In this document: piece after piece, positions 1 through 12,613 of the stretch
Layout: each line of letters starts with the position of its first letter
Numbering within the stretch: the first letter of the stretch is position 1
Assembly: GCA_964016885.1 (NCBI GenBank)
Contig: OZ024744.1
Location: 65,720,001 to 65,784,000, forward strand
From: Eledone cirrhosa
Taxonomy: Eukaryota
DNA length: 64,000 nt
Direction of reading: 5' to 3'
Notes under the pieces: model-generated
The model's database searches: none
Seen by the model: only the letters and a program-made list of their open reading frames with translations
Told to the model about the DNA's origin: nothing
Translations under genes and position numbers: made by a program

Positions 1-1261
1 GGCAGGGTTTTTATAGTGTACAGAGTTTTTGCTGTATTTGTTCCAGCTCTCTGCACTCTCATAAAATCCTGCCAATGTCAACTTTGCTTTTCATCTTTTG
101 AGGGTCAATAAAACATATAGTACCAGTCCAGGGATTGGTGGAGTTGTTAGAGAGTTGAATGAGGTGTCATGTTTTTCAATATCTGTTCCAGCTCTTTCAG
201 TTTTAAGTTCGTAGGTGGTAGGCTTAATTTGTTGCATGATTTAACACCACAATGTGGTCCTTGGGTGTTTTTAGTAGATTTTACTCAGTTGCAAGTGTTT
301 AAGTCAGGTTTTCATTTTGCGAATATCTTTCTCCCTTCCTCTCAAACTATCTTAGAGGCTCTGAAAAATAAAGGGCCATAACCACTGTATCTCCATCCTT
401 GACTGAACAGTAAAAAAATTGTTTACTTACAGTTGTGTTTGATTAAGTAGTTTCTTTTATCATTTTAATGAAGCTTATTTAAAGATTCTATAAGTATTAA
501 TAATTTTTTATACCAACCCATCCAAAACCCCTCTGGTTCTATGAAACAAAATCACTCATTTTAAAGTGTTCCTACTTAAATTAAAACTTTTCAACATAAT
601 TTTATATAAGAACATTTTATGTTACAAATGCTATCTTAATGAAATTATAATTTTAGTAAATACTTTCCTTTCCAAATTCTTCATTAATTAATTAAGATAC
701 AAAGTATTTTATTAGAAATTTGGTAACCAATATGTTATGCAATTGAGACTCATCCTCTTCCTGAATAATCTGTTTCACCATCATGAGCATATTACCAAGA
801 AAAAGCTTTTACAAGATTTTTCAGTCTGTAAGCTATTCTATGGCTGTATAAAATTCTCAATGTGTTTACTCCTTCTTGTATCACAACTATAGTCAGTTTC
901 AGTTCTGATTCATTCCTAACAGAATGAAAGACAATCTAAAAAGGATTTAAACATCAATACTGTTAGAAAGGTAGTGGATTGGTAGAATTGGTGAAGCATT
1001 TGGATAAAATGCCATTGTGATATTTTTTTTCTGGTTTTTTACTTACTGATTTCAAATTCCATCATGGTCAACCTTGCCTTTCATTCTTCTGAGGTTGATA
1101 AAATATAAATTACCAGTGAAGTACTGGTTGATTTAATGAACTTTGCTTTTCCCCAAAATGTCTGGCCTTGCGCCTATATTAGAAGCAGCAAAAGCTTTTT
1201 TGGTTTGACATTTTTTGGGTCTATTGACATTATATTTTTTAAAGCATTATATTTTTTAAAG

Positions 1262-1450
1262 GGCAGTGAATTGGCAGTATGGGTAGAGGGTTGGATGGCA
1301 TGCTTTGTATCATAGTTATGTCCCTTTAAGGTCTGAGTTCAAATCCCGCCAAGGTTAACTTTACCTTTCATCCTTATGGGGTCGATAAAATAAAGTACCA
1401 GTAATGTACTGTGTAATTGCTGGCCTTGTGCCAAAAGTAGAAATAATTAT
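1262..1450 (+). mobile_element. tRNA-derived SINE, family A
   Basis: A box tggcagtatgg, B box gagttcaaatccc, core ctttcatcct..gggtcgataaaataaagtaccag, ATT tail, TSD attatattttttaaag. Older copies at about 970-1185, 5600-5820, 23390-23535 and 27190-27330. Confidence 0.85.
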
Positions 1451-2554
1451 ATTTTTTAAAGCATAACATTTCGAATAAGTTTATCTTTGTTTGTCATCAG
1501 CTGTCATCATCATCATCATCATTTTACGTCCGCTTTTCCCTGCTTGCAATCATGTATATATATATATATAATTAGGATTGAAATTACAAACATCTTTCTA
1601 ATGAATCAATAGATACAGGGTTCTGATGCTTTGCCAATGTTCATATACCTGACACATTCTTGTCCACCCAACTGATTAGCATGGAGTTAAACATCTACTC
1701 ACTTCCATGTCTTGACCACAAATGTGCTGTCTCATCACTTAGCCTTTTCTATTGCAATTAGAGTGGCCTCTGCTAGTTTCATTCTACCTCAAGCCCACCC
1801 CACAGATTCATCTTTCCTCTTGTCACCTTCATTATATCTATACTTCCTTTCAGCACCAGCAACTATATCCAATCTTCCTTCCCTAGAACATCAACCCTCT
1901 GGAATTCTTTCCCTGTAGTCGGTGACTTTCAATTGTCTATGAACAACATCAGCTGCATCAATTTCACTTGTCTGGTGCTAATGGGTCCTACAAAGGCCAT
2001 GTGGTCATCCCCCTCCTCCAGATAAAACAATTTAAAAAAAATTGAAAATAAACTGATGATGAACACGAAGTAGAACCATTGATAAGTTAACAGATTGCCA
2101 TCAGTTCATCATTATTTCATATCCACTTTTCTTATGTTTGTATGTGTTGGCAAGGTGCTTTACACCACAGCATGTCTCCACTCATAGTGTTTCTTACTGT
2201 ATGTTGTGCTAGTCATAGTTTTTTGATAGGATTTTTCTGGATGGGTGCCCTTCCTTTCACCAACCAATTTTAATATTCTTTTATCTTTTTACTAGTTTTA
2301 CTCATTAAATTACTGCCATACTGGGGCAAACACTTTAATTTAGTCAACACACACACACACACACACGAAAAGATGGTGCTCTAGAAAGGAGCAACTACAG
2401 AAGTATAAGACTGATGGATAACATTATGAAAGTGACGAAAGAGTTCTAGCACAGTTAATTTGGGAAAGACCCAAATAAGATGAGATGCAGTTTGGTTTTA
2501 AGCCAGGGAGGAGTACCACATGCTTTCTTAGGAACTTTTCTTGTTGCTGTTTCA

Positions 2555-3720
2555 CTAACTAATTACAAGCTGCTCTGTCTAGCTTTCGTTGATCTGGAGA
2601 AGGTCTTTGACTAGGTTCTATGATTTTTTTTATCTGATGGCCCTTAACCCTTTTAGCATTTAGATTACTTTATATATACTATTGTATTTTTGTGGTAAAG
2701 GCTTTATCTCACATAATATTGAATCTATGAGATTTTGATATTATTTATTTTGAGAACAATACCTTAATGTCAGTGTGAGCAGCCAGTTCCAGCCATTTTT
2801 AACAGAAAAAATTGAGAGAATTCTGGCCAGATATGGCTGGTTTAAATGCTAAAGGGTTAAGGAAATTAGGTGTACATGGCTTGAAAGAGTAATGCATTTA
2901 CAGAGGAACTGTTAGTAAATTGCGAGTGGGTAATGAGTTTAGTGATGAATTCAAATTGGATTAAAGCTCAGTCCTCAGCTCCTTCTTGCCATAACAGAGG
3001 AGATTATGACCAGGTGTCCATGGGAACTTCTATTTGTTGATGATCTGGTTCTTATAGCTGAATCAGTGGAAGAGCTGGAGAAAACTCTGAGTAAACATAG
3101 CAAAGCCCAAAGTCTTAGTAAAGAGGAAAGAGGATAGAACTCTGGTTCCATCAAGGAAGTAACCAATGTGTAGAAAAGAAATAGGCAGGAACTCTATACA
3201 ATATACACAATGTAAATTTTGGATACACAAGAGGTGTCATGGGATTATAGGCATACTGACAGATAAGGTAGACTTTGTATGTAGGAAATGCCCAGAATAG
3301 TATGTAGTAAGAGCAGCAGTTAAATATATATTTTTTCAATAACAGTGAGAAATAGTTGATAGCTTCTGCTATCTAGATGGTCTAATTAGTAGTAGAGGAG
3401 TTTGCTTTGAAAGAATATTAGCTAGAATAAGAACAGGATGGGAAAAATTCAGGGAGCTACTACCTCTGTTGTCAACAAAGGGATGATTCTCTCTAAAAAT
3501 TAAAGGCCTGCTGTATGATGCTTGCATGCAAAGTGCAATATTGCATGGAAGAGAAACTTGGATAGTAAATGCAGAAGATATATGATGCCTGGAGATAAAT
3601 AGGTGAAAAGGTGCTAGGAAGGAAGCTGCAGTAGAGGAAGGGCAAGGAAAACTTCACAGAGATGACAAATAAATGCAACCAGTAGAGGGAAGCTGTGCTG
3701 GAAAATGGTCGTAAAAAGGA
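2555..3720 (+). mobile_element. Degenerate PHD-RTE LINE fragment interrupted by a MITE
   Basis: Remnants of LAFVDLEKVFD, CPWELLFVDDLVL and GWEKFRELLPLL. Confidence 0.8.
2644..2860 (+). mobile_element. piggyBac-type MITE
   Basis: TTAA TSD and CCCTTTAGCATTTA terminal inverted repeats. Confidence 0.85.
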
Positions 3721-4735
3721 TGTTGATGATTTTGTGTGCGCGTGTACAACAGTCTTTTGCAGTTTCTAACTACCAAATCTCAAGACATTGGTCAAACCAA
3801 AGTTGTTGTGTCTTGCAGGGTGAGACCGAACCCAGAACCATGTGATTATGAAGAAAATTCATTAACAACAATAATTTCAAAACCTAAATTTTCCAAAATA
3901 TTTGAATTATTATTTTTGCTACATCTCATATTTAAATCAAAAGCCCAATTTAACATTTACTCTATCTTTCATGTACATTGTACCTGTATTTGTATATATG
4001 CAAATTGTTTTCATTTTCTATTTCTCTCCTCCACACATACCTACACACACACATTTTTCTTTCCTTTCTGACTATTGATCTAGCACCAATGTAATAAACT
4101 GGTCATCTATCTTTTCCATTACATTTTTCTTTCACTTCTTAACTTCATCCACAATCATTCAGCAGTAAATGTTTTTTGGCTTTATTCCCTGCTAAGGCTT
4201 CTCTAATGTTTCCTATCATCTGCATATACCCCTCACCAACCTCCTGGCTTTCATTTCTAGCTCTATCATCTTTAGCTATGTCTTTCTTGGTCATCCCCTT
4301 ACTCTACTTCCTTCCACATTCATTTCATCACTGGTTCTATTCCAGTCATCTTCTGCAATTCATTGTCTGTCTTCCCCTGTCTCTTTTAGCAACAGTCCAC
4401 TCATCCACCTGATCATTCTCATTTCCCTTCTTTCCAGCCGTCTCTGTTGCTTCAAGTTCATCACCCATGTCATCCAAATCACCATTTTTTTCAAAGAAAG
4501 GTCATGAAACGTCAGAACTCACTTCTCCTCAAGCCACAAGGACTTGCCTTATTTTATTAATAATATAATTCATTGTAAACAGGTCTACAACTGTCATATG
4601 TATTTAGTACATCTAGGAATTCTATTTGTTATTAGATTACTTGACTAGAATGGCATGAACATCCATTGGTTTCAGTGATGTATGTTCTAGTTGTTTGATC
4701 AACAGAACAGCCTGCCAATGAAATTAACATACTGA

Positions 4736-5063
4736 TGCACATGGCTTAGTGGTTAGAGTATTGGCCTTGCAATCAAAAGGTTGTGAGTTCAATTCTCGGA
4801 CCGGGTGATGTATGTTTCCTTGAGCAAGACACTTTATTTCACATTGCTCCAGTTTACTCAGCTGTATAAATGAGATGATAGGGACTGGGATCCCTATCAT
4901 TCCACTGCAAAGTGGTCGTGGAGGTGCCATGGCAAAAAAGCACCCAGCACTCACTGTAAATGAGGTTGGTGTTAGGAAGGGTATCCAGCTGTAGAAATCA
5001 AGCCAGAATCAGTTCCCGTCCCACCCTTGCAGGCAGGGAAAAAGTGGACGTAAAATGATGATG
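4736..5063 (+). mobile_element. tRNA-derived SINE, family B, with an RTE-derived 3' tail
   Basis: A box tggcttagtgg, B box gagttcaattc, central ccttgagcaagacacttt domain, RTE UTR motif and (GAT)n. A 5'-truncated copy lies at 51705-51968 and a related head at 11845-12050. Confidence 0.85.
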
Positions 5064-5784
5064 GTTAAACTTTCCACAAACACATGTACCTCTAATTCTC
5101 AGGAAGATTCTGAGAGATATGGCTGGCCCTTTAAATTACAGGTACAGTCCATCTATCTAATGGGCTTATAAACAGCTTTCATCTACCCAATTTCACTCAC
5201 TAAGTTTGGATCAACGTATGGTCATGGTAAATGACACTTGCCCAAGATGCCATGTTGTGGGATCTAGGGGCTGTGTGTGAGCTTCTTAACAATTTGGCCA
5301 AGCTGTGTCCACTACTTGACTCCTACACATATTAAAATGTCCATATCCAATTAATTAAGCAGGTCAACTGATAACTTATTACATGAATAATATGAAGGAT
5401 TCAGGACCTCGACTGCTGAGCTCCTGCCGTTTCAACAGCTAGTTCAGAACAAGCTGTTGAAACAGCAGGAGCTCAGCTGTCAGGGTACCAAATTTTTCAT
5501 ATTACCATACTCTACTACCCCAAATATCGAGTACTCTTGTGAGTAATCGTCTAACAGATTTTTACTGCATCCATTCTGATTTATTACATGAATAATAAAG
5601 GTCGTACATTGGCAATATAGGTAGAGTATCAGACAAAATACTTTGCAACATTTACTTACAACTTCTACATTCTGAGTTCAAATCCTGCCCACGTGAATTT
5701 AGCCTTTTGTCCTTATGGGGGTCAGTAAAATTAAGTACTGGGGTTCCTTTAATCAATTTTCCTCTCCCTCTCTCTCTCTCTTAA

Positions 5785-6000
5785 ATTTCTGGCATTGTGC
5801 CTAAATTAGAAACCATTATTACGGTATTTCAATGTGTATATTGAATGATATTATGGTATTTCGTGAATGATATTATGGTATTTCAATGTGTATATGTTCC
5901 ATCATGGTTTTATATCACAATGATGGAACATATACACATTGAAATACCATAATATCATTCACGTAATAATGGTTTCTAATTTAGGCACAATGCCAGAAAT
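5785..6000. repeat. Foldback inverted duplication just upstream of the exon
   Basis: 5920-6000 is the reverse complement of 5785-5823 plus about 5863-5906. Confidence 0.9.
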
Positions 6001-6046
6001 GACTACAAGACAAAACAATACTGTAAATAATTCTGTTTCTTTACAG

Positions 6047-6189
6047 GCTTCAATGATATCTTTGGTGCCCGTGCTTCCATGATGGGTCCTCTGCTGATTG
6101 CCTTATCTCTAGGATTGATGTTCTTTTCTCTGAGACAATTTCTCATTGCTAGAAAGCAAAGTCATACAGCGGCTCGAGAAAGAATTCGG
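6047..6189 (+). CDS. Internal coding exon of an unidentified host gene (transmembrane helix followed by a basic stretch)
   Basis: Polypyrimidine acceptor ttctgtttctttacag| and donor CGG|gtatgt. Open frame (G)FNDIFGARASMMGPLLIALSLGLMFFSLRQFLIARKQSHTAARERIR in non-repetitive sequence. Phase 1 in, phase 0 out. Confidence 0.75.
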
Positions 6190-7194
6190 GTATGTAGCAT
6201 TTCTTTAATATTCTAATTAGTGAACCAGTGCCATCAATAATGATGGCAACATCATTGAATGTATTTAATTTTTGGAGTCCAGGATTGGTATACCATATAT
6301 ATATTCCAAATTTATTTGATATATGAACAATCGTACAAACTAGAAAATTTGAGTTTTAATACATGCATGCTTTGCATTAGAGTTACCCTATAATTTATGT
6401 TGATTACTGACACGTTGAAGTGATTAAAGATAATGACATTTTAATAAATTATTTCTAGGATGTAAAATACCCGACCAAATTTGTAGTCCTCATCTGAGCA
6501 AGGTGCAATGTGGCTAACACTGGCCAGACTTGCCTCCCAGCGTGGACGACCTGTCTAACCCATGCAAACATGTTAAATGGTGATGATGATGAATTACATA
6601 AATTTTCGAATGTACAAATGATATACAGTATTTTCACAAACTTCAAGAAAACCATATGACACAAGTATTTAACTTTTGTTTCTGTAGTGTTAAATAATTG
6701 AGAAATAATATTCCCTTGGCTAGAACACCAGTCCATCTTAAGTTACTCGCCAATGGATCTGCTGGCCTATTCTTCACAGCTTGATGAACTGGCACAAAGT
6801 AGAATAAGGTGTTCTGATGCATATATACAATATAAAACACATATAGTGTTATTTGAATTCACAATCCATAAGCCATATACCAATACTTCAATCATTCTGA
6901 CATTTCAGTTTCCAGAATCAATGCATTAGAAATAGATTATTAGAGACATAGAGATAAACTTGGAAAGTACAAATTAGTTGTTATTGTTTAGCTCTTGGTT
7001 AGTTCTAGACATGGCTGTCCAGTCTGGAACTAAAAATACCTTGTAGGTATTTTTATTCAAAAGCACATTTATTGGTTTTTCTTACCAATCTTTACATTTT
7101 TCACCAATCTATGTCAGTGAAAGATATGCACTCACAAGCGCACCCTTTATATATCATCATCACCACCACCACTACTGCCATCATTGTCATCATC

Positions 7195-8360
7195 GTCATC
7201 ATTATTTAAAGTCTGTTTTCCATGCCTACATGGGTTCGATAGGTAGTTACAGTCCAAGACCAGACAGGTTGGAGCAACCTCATCTTGCTCATGTGTTCCA
7301 CATTTGGAATGGTTTCTATGGCTGGATGCTCCTCCTAATGTCATCTACCTTAGAGAGTGTGCTGGATACATTTGATCATGGCACCAGCACTACCACTTTT
7401 CAGAATGTACTGAGTGCATGTTACCATGGCACCAGAACTAACATTTTATAAAGAGAATTGGGTCTATTTCATTGTGGCATCAACATTAATACTTTACAGA
7501 GTATACTGAGTGTATTTTATTGTGGTATCTGTACTAATACTTTACAGAGTGTATTGAGTACACTTTATTGTGGCACCAGCAATAACACTTTACAGAGTAT
7601 ACAGGATGTATTTTATTGTGACACCAGCATTAGTGAGTCCTGTCAAACCCTATATTTCCTTCATTCAATCACCATCTACTTCATAGATTGTATCAAGGGT
7701 ATGTTATCATGGCACCAGTAATGGAGAGGTTGTCATATGCTCAGCCAGGCTGGAAAGTCCCTCTCTAGCTATGTTGTCTCTGTTTCTTACAGAGTGTACT
7801 AGATGCATTTTATCAGGGCACCAATACTAGAGAGGATGTCGAGAATTAGACAGAGCTAGAGGATCCTCTCTACTTTATGTTGTCTCTGTCTATTCACCTA
7901 CCACTATATGGAAGGGTGGGTAGTGAGTGCATTCGATTGTGACACCAATATGGAGGCTGTTTCATCCATTGCAGGTTAAAGGGATCTCGCTACTACAAGT
8001 GGAGGGATCCTTTTGGATATTCACCACATTTATTTTTACAAGCCATGTCACACTGCTTGTACTGCTGAACAGATCTTTTGTATTATGGCATATCACCTTC
8101 ATGAGGTTCAGTTTCTTGCAGTCATTCTTCACAACTTCATCCCGTATCTTTCTTGGTCTCCCTCTTCCACAGGTTCCATCCACTTCAAATGCTCTAATTT
8201 TCTTTCATACAACTCTTGCCCCCCTTATGCATCACATGATCATACCAGCTTAATCATCTCTCTGGCATATATTAAATTCCTCTTATACTCAGCTTTTCTC
8301 TCAGTTCATTTGAGCTCTGTTGTTCATGTACACTAACATTACACACTCAGCAGAGCATGC
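7195..8360 (-). mobile_element. RTE 3' fragment with a degenerate ~48-bp repeat array in the UTR
   Basis: (CAT)n tail on + strand, repeat units over 7330-7860, GRGRPRK C-terminal motif. Confidence 0.7.
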
Positions 8361-8446
8361 ATGCCTCACTTGTAATGCCCTTTGGAAAGAAATAGACATT
8401 TCTTTCCAAAGGGCATTAGATGTGTAAAGAAAGGACATGATACTGC

Positions 8447-8935
8447 ATCATCATCATCACCGTTTTACGTCTGTTCTTCCACACTAGCATGGGTTAGACG
8501 AGTTGTCCTGTTGTGGGCAGTGTCCGGTCGGCTGACCGTGTCTTGCTCATACGGGAATTGACTCTGGCTTGATTTCTACAGCTGGATGCCCTTCCTAACA
8601 CCAACCTCATTTACAGTGAGTGGTGGGTGCTTTTTTTTCCGTGGCGCCTACACGTCCACTTTACAGTGTGGGCTGGTGCTTTATTTGCCGTGGCACCTCC
8701 ACGACCACTTTGCAGTGGGAGGGTGTGGGGGCATATTGTCTATATGCTTCAGCTTCAGCTTGTACCCGTGGGGTGGGGGGTCGGGTCTTTTGTATTACTG
8801 CGTGACGCCAGACGTCACGGTTGTGTGTCATTGCTTTGAGTCGTGTAATTGGGTAAAGTCGGCTTTTATTACCTCATCCCAGGTCTTCTTGGGTCTCCCC
8901 ACTCCGGTTTCCATCAACTTCTAGTGCTCTGCACC
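8447..8935 (-). mobile_element. RTE 3' fragment
   Basis: (CAT)n tail, ggatgcccttcctaacaccaacc motif and RCRALEVDG remnant. Confidence 0.75.
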
Positions 8936-9055
8936 TGGGAATTGAAATTTTATAAGAGTTTAATTTACGTTCTGCTGCCTTTCTCACTGTTTTAAAAGAA
9001 TAAATCTGCTTTTGGAATTTAAACTTATTAGTGTACACACACACACACGCACAAA

Positions 9056-9094
<39 letters not shown>

Positions 9095-9373
9095 CTCGTA
9101 TATATGCTTAATAATTCTCTTATGCATTTGCACACATACTCATTCATTTACATGCACACACACACTCACACACTTTCACTCACTCACATACACATACACA
9201 TTTACACTGATAGTGTTACTTGGTTCATCTGTAAATATTTGTACAGAGTAAAGTAGTGGATTAGCAGAATGATTAGAAGCAGTGAAGAGTTATCGCCCTT
9301 TGCATTCTAAGCTAAAGTCTTACCATTATCAACTATGCTTAGTGTATACTATGCCTATGTGTGTACACTATAA

Positions 9374-9562
9374 GGGCGGTGGATTGGCAGTATCAGTAGA
9401 GGGTCGGACGCCATGCTTTCCAGCATAGTTACGTCCCTTTACGATCTGAGTTCAAATCCCGCCGAGGTTGAATTTGCCTTTCATCCTTACGGGGTCGATA
9501 AAATAAAGTACCAGTGATGCACTGGGTAATTGCTGGCCTTGTGCCTAAAGTAGAAACAATTA
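9374..9562 (+). mobile_element. SINE family A nested in an older family A copy
   Basis: TSD attatcaactatgc at 9325-9338 and 9559-9572. Confidence 0.85.
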
Positions 9563-12051
9563 TCAACTATGCCTGTCATCCTTTTAGAGTTGATGAAATA
9601 AAGGATCAGTCGGGTACTTTCTCAAAAATTTGTGACCTCATGTATTCGCTAGAAATCGATTTTTGTACAGTGATCACAATCATTAGCAGGGTATTGAAAA
9701 AATAATGTGGAAGTAATTTTAAAAAAATAAAATTTCAGTATTGTCCACTTTTAGACACTGCTAAATGTGTTGCCTTATTTAACCTTAATTTGCAAATGGC
9801 ATTTATTTAATGTGTTGTTTTCTAAATACACTCTCTTTATTGTCAGAGGAGGCAGGTGGGAAAAGTATTGCATCTAGATAAAACAGATCTCAAAAGAAAC
9901 TAATTCTTTGTTCATTTTGCCTGGCCTCAAGAAAATGATAGCAATCCTTTGCTTTACTCATTTTCTAACCCTAATCAAGCAATATCACAGAACAGAATCG
10001 ATCATTTGTTCACTTATATTTCAACTGTCTTAAATTATGAGACATATTTATTTACACTGAATTAGGAATCAATTTATCGAATCTCATTTTCTGCCATTTT
10101 CCATATCACGTATGTTATTTTCCTTTCGCTTTACCACAACAACATTATCCACTCTCACCACATACTGAAAAGTGGTTGGTGTTAGGAAGAGCATCCAGCC
10201 ATAGGAAACTTGCTAAACAAGGGATTGGGAGGACCCTTCAGTTTGTGTCAAAAGACATGACAACTTTTCCTGTGTACTCAATAGAATGTATGATCATATA
10301 TAAGCAAAATGCACTCCTTTCATCATATAAAATCTCCCCATTTTGCCTCATTTCTCCCTGTTTAGGGGCACCTTTTTTCATGGTTCTCCCCATTTGGGTT
10401 TTTAGAGGTTGGCAAGTCTGTGCAAGATACAGGGTTCAGTTCCTCGTAATGGCCTATGGCAACTTCTTTTTCCATTTATATTTTATAAGCTATTTTATAG
10501 CATTTCCATGCATAAGAACACAACTCTTTATATCAATTATAATCAATTTAGAATTATCTTTGCACATTCATATTTTCTATTCAAGACTCAGTAACCCCTA
10601 TGCAGATGATATCCTTGACATCACCTAAATTTCCACACACACTTATAACCTAGACACCTCAATTACACATTTCTTGTGGACTATTTATTCTAATATTGAA
10701 TGTAGAATATCGATCATCAATACAAGCACAGTGTTGCCAAATTAAAATTGGAGGTGATGAGGGCTATTTACTCAACCCTCCCTTCAGTATATGATTGTAT
10801 TTTTTAAAAACTTATTGTGTATGGACCTTGTTATACTATGATCAAATGATGTGGTTGACCTTGGTGTACCTAGAGCAACTAGGAAGTGTAATTTGGTTTC
10901 CATCATTACTCAGTATTCTCACTTATGCTATTTTTTGCCACATTGTCAATACAGTTTATATAATCAATAAGACTATGTAGATATATACAGTGATGAACAA
11001 AAAAGTGTGACAGGAGAATAAGGAAGAAAAAAGTGGTTAGGGGTAGAGGAAAAGACCCACATACTCAATCACATGCAACAACAAGGGCAGCTGGAGTCTC
11101 CCTCAAATAATTGTTGAGGCAAGTTAACACACACACACCATTGTTGTGAGTGATAGTGAGGCTAAGGCACTGGAGCAACCAAGTACCCTCACTGGTATCA
11201 CTAGTAAAGCGAGCCACCAACAATGATAAGAACTTCGTTGTCAGAGGCTCAGCTCCCCACAATTGCTCAAACACTACAGGCTGGAAAAATAGTTTACCAA
11301 TAATTCCTGGTATTTAGTCTATATTTCCTTTTTTTATATTTTTATGTTTGTATATATACAAAACATATATTATTACACTTTATTCATGTTTATCTTAGAT
11401 CAGCACTGATACAAGAGGCCCATTATCAAAGACCTCCCAGCGATAACCATACTGTCTTTTATTCAAACATAGCATGTCCAGGGCTATGTTATAAAATGTG
11501 TGCTCCTTTGTTAAGACAATAGGTTTGGTTTGAGAGATATTTAACTGTAGTTATAGCAGGCTGAGTGACCGTCAAGAATTCTGTGTTGACTCAGAGTTGA
11601 TAAAAAAGGGGACGTAATTCAGGAAGAAGTGAGGTAGTTGAGTTGTCAATTTATTTTACGTGTTTACCATTTTTTATGTTGTTTACGGTTTTCTTTTTAA
11701 AATCACACTTTTAATAAGTTTCCTATTTGATTCTGTAATTGAAAATGAGTTATTTTGAAATGTATGATAATTCTGCAATGTATATATTTAGATAAATCAT
11801 CAGAATTGAGATTTCAAAACTGGATATTTTTTATTCATGTGAAGGCACATGTTGCATAGTGAGGATATTTGGATCATGATCGTGAGTTCAATTCCGGATG
11901 GTGCATTGTGATTTTGAGTACGTCACTTTATTTCACTTAGCTCCAGTCCACATAGTTGGCAAAATTGAGTTATAGCTGTAGTTCAAAGTGCCAGCATTGT
12001 CACCATACATTGTGTTGCATTGAATCTCCACGGGAACTGCGTTAAAGGTAC

Positions 12052-12500
12052 ATCATCATCATCGTTTAAAGTCCATTTTCCATGCTAGCATGGGTTAGAC
12101 AGGTTGTCTCATTAGAGGCAAGTTGGGTCATACTCATATAGAACTGTTTTTGGCTAGTTTCTACAGCTGTATGCCCTTCCTAACGCCAACCACAATTACA
12201 GTGTGTGTTGGTTTTTTTTTTGTTGTGACACCTACACGACTACCCTATAGTGTGGGTTGGATGCTTTTTGTCGTGACACCTACATGACCACTTTACAGTG
12301 TGGGCTGGGTTCTTTTTGTTGTGACACCTACCCGACCACTTTACAATGTGTGCTGGGTGTATTTTGTCGTGACACCTACATGACCACCTTATAGTGTGGG
12401 TTACGTGCTTTTTGTGATGACACCCACACAACCACTTTACAGTGTAGACTGGGTGCTTTTTGTTGTGATGTATCTTTGAAATGCCCAACCACTTGCACAA
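12052..12500 (-). mobile_element. RTE 3' end with about six 48-bp units
   Basis: Same subfamily as 58563, with tandem units over 12190-12470. Confidence 0.75.
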
Positions 12501-12613
12501 ACAGGTTGTCCCATTGATCAAACAACTTAAATACTCACCACTAAAATTGACAGTACCAACACATCACACACACACATCATATTTTAGAATTTGGTATATG
12601 TGTGTAAGAAAAT

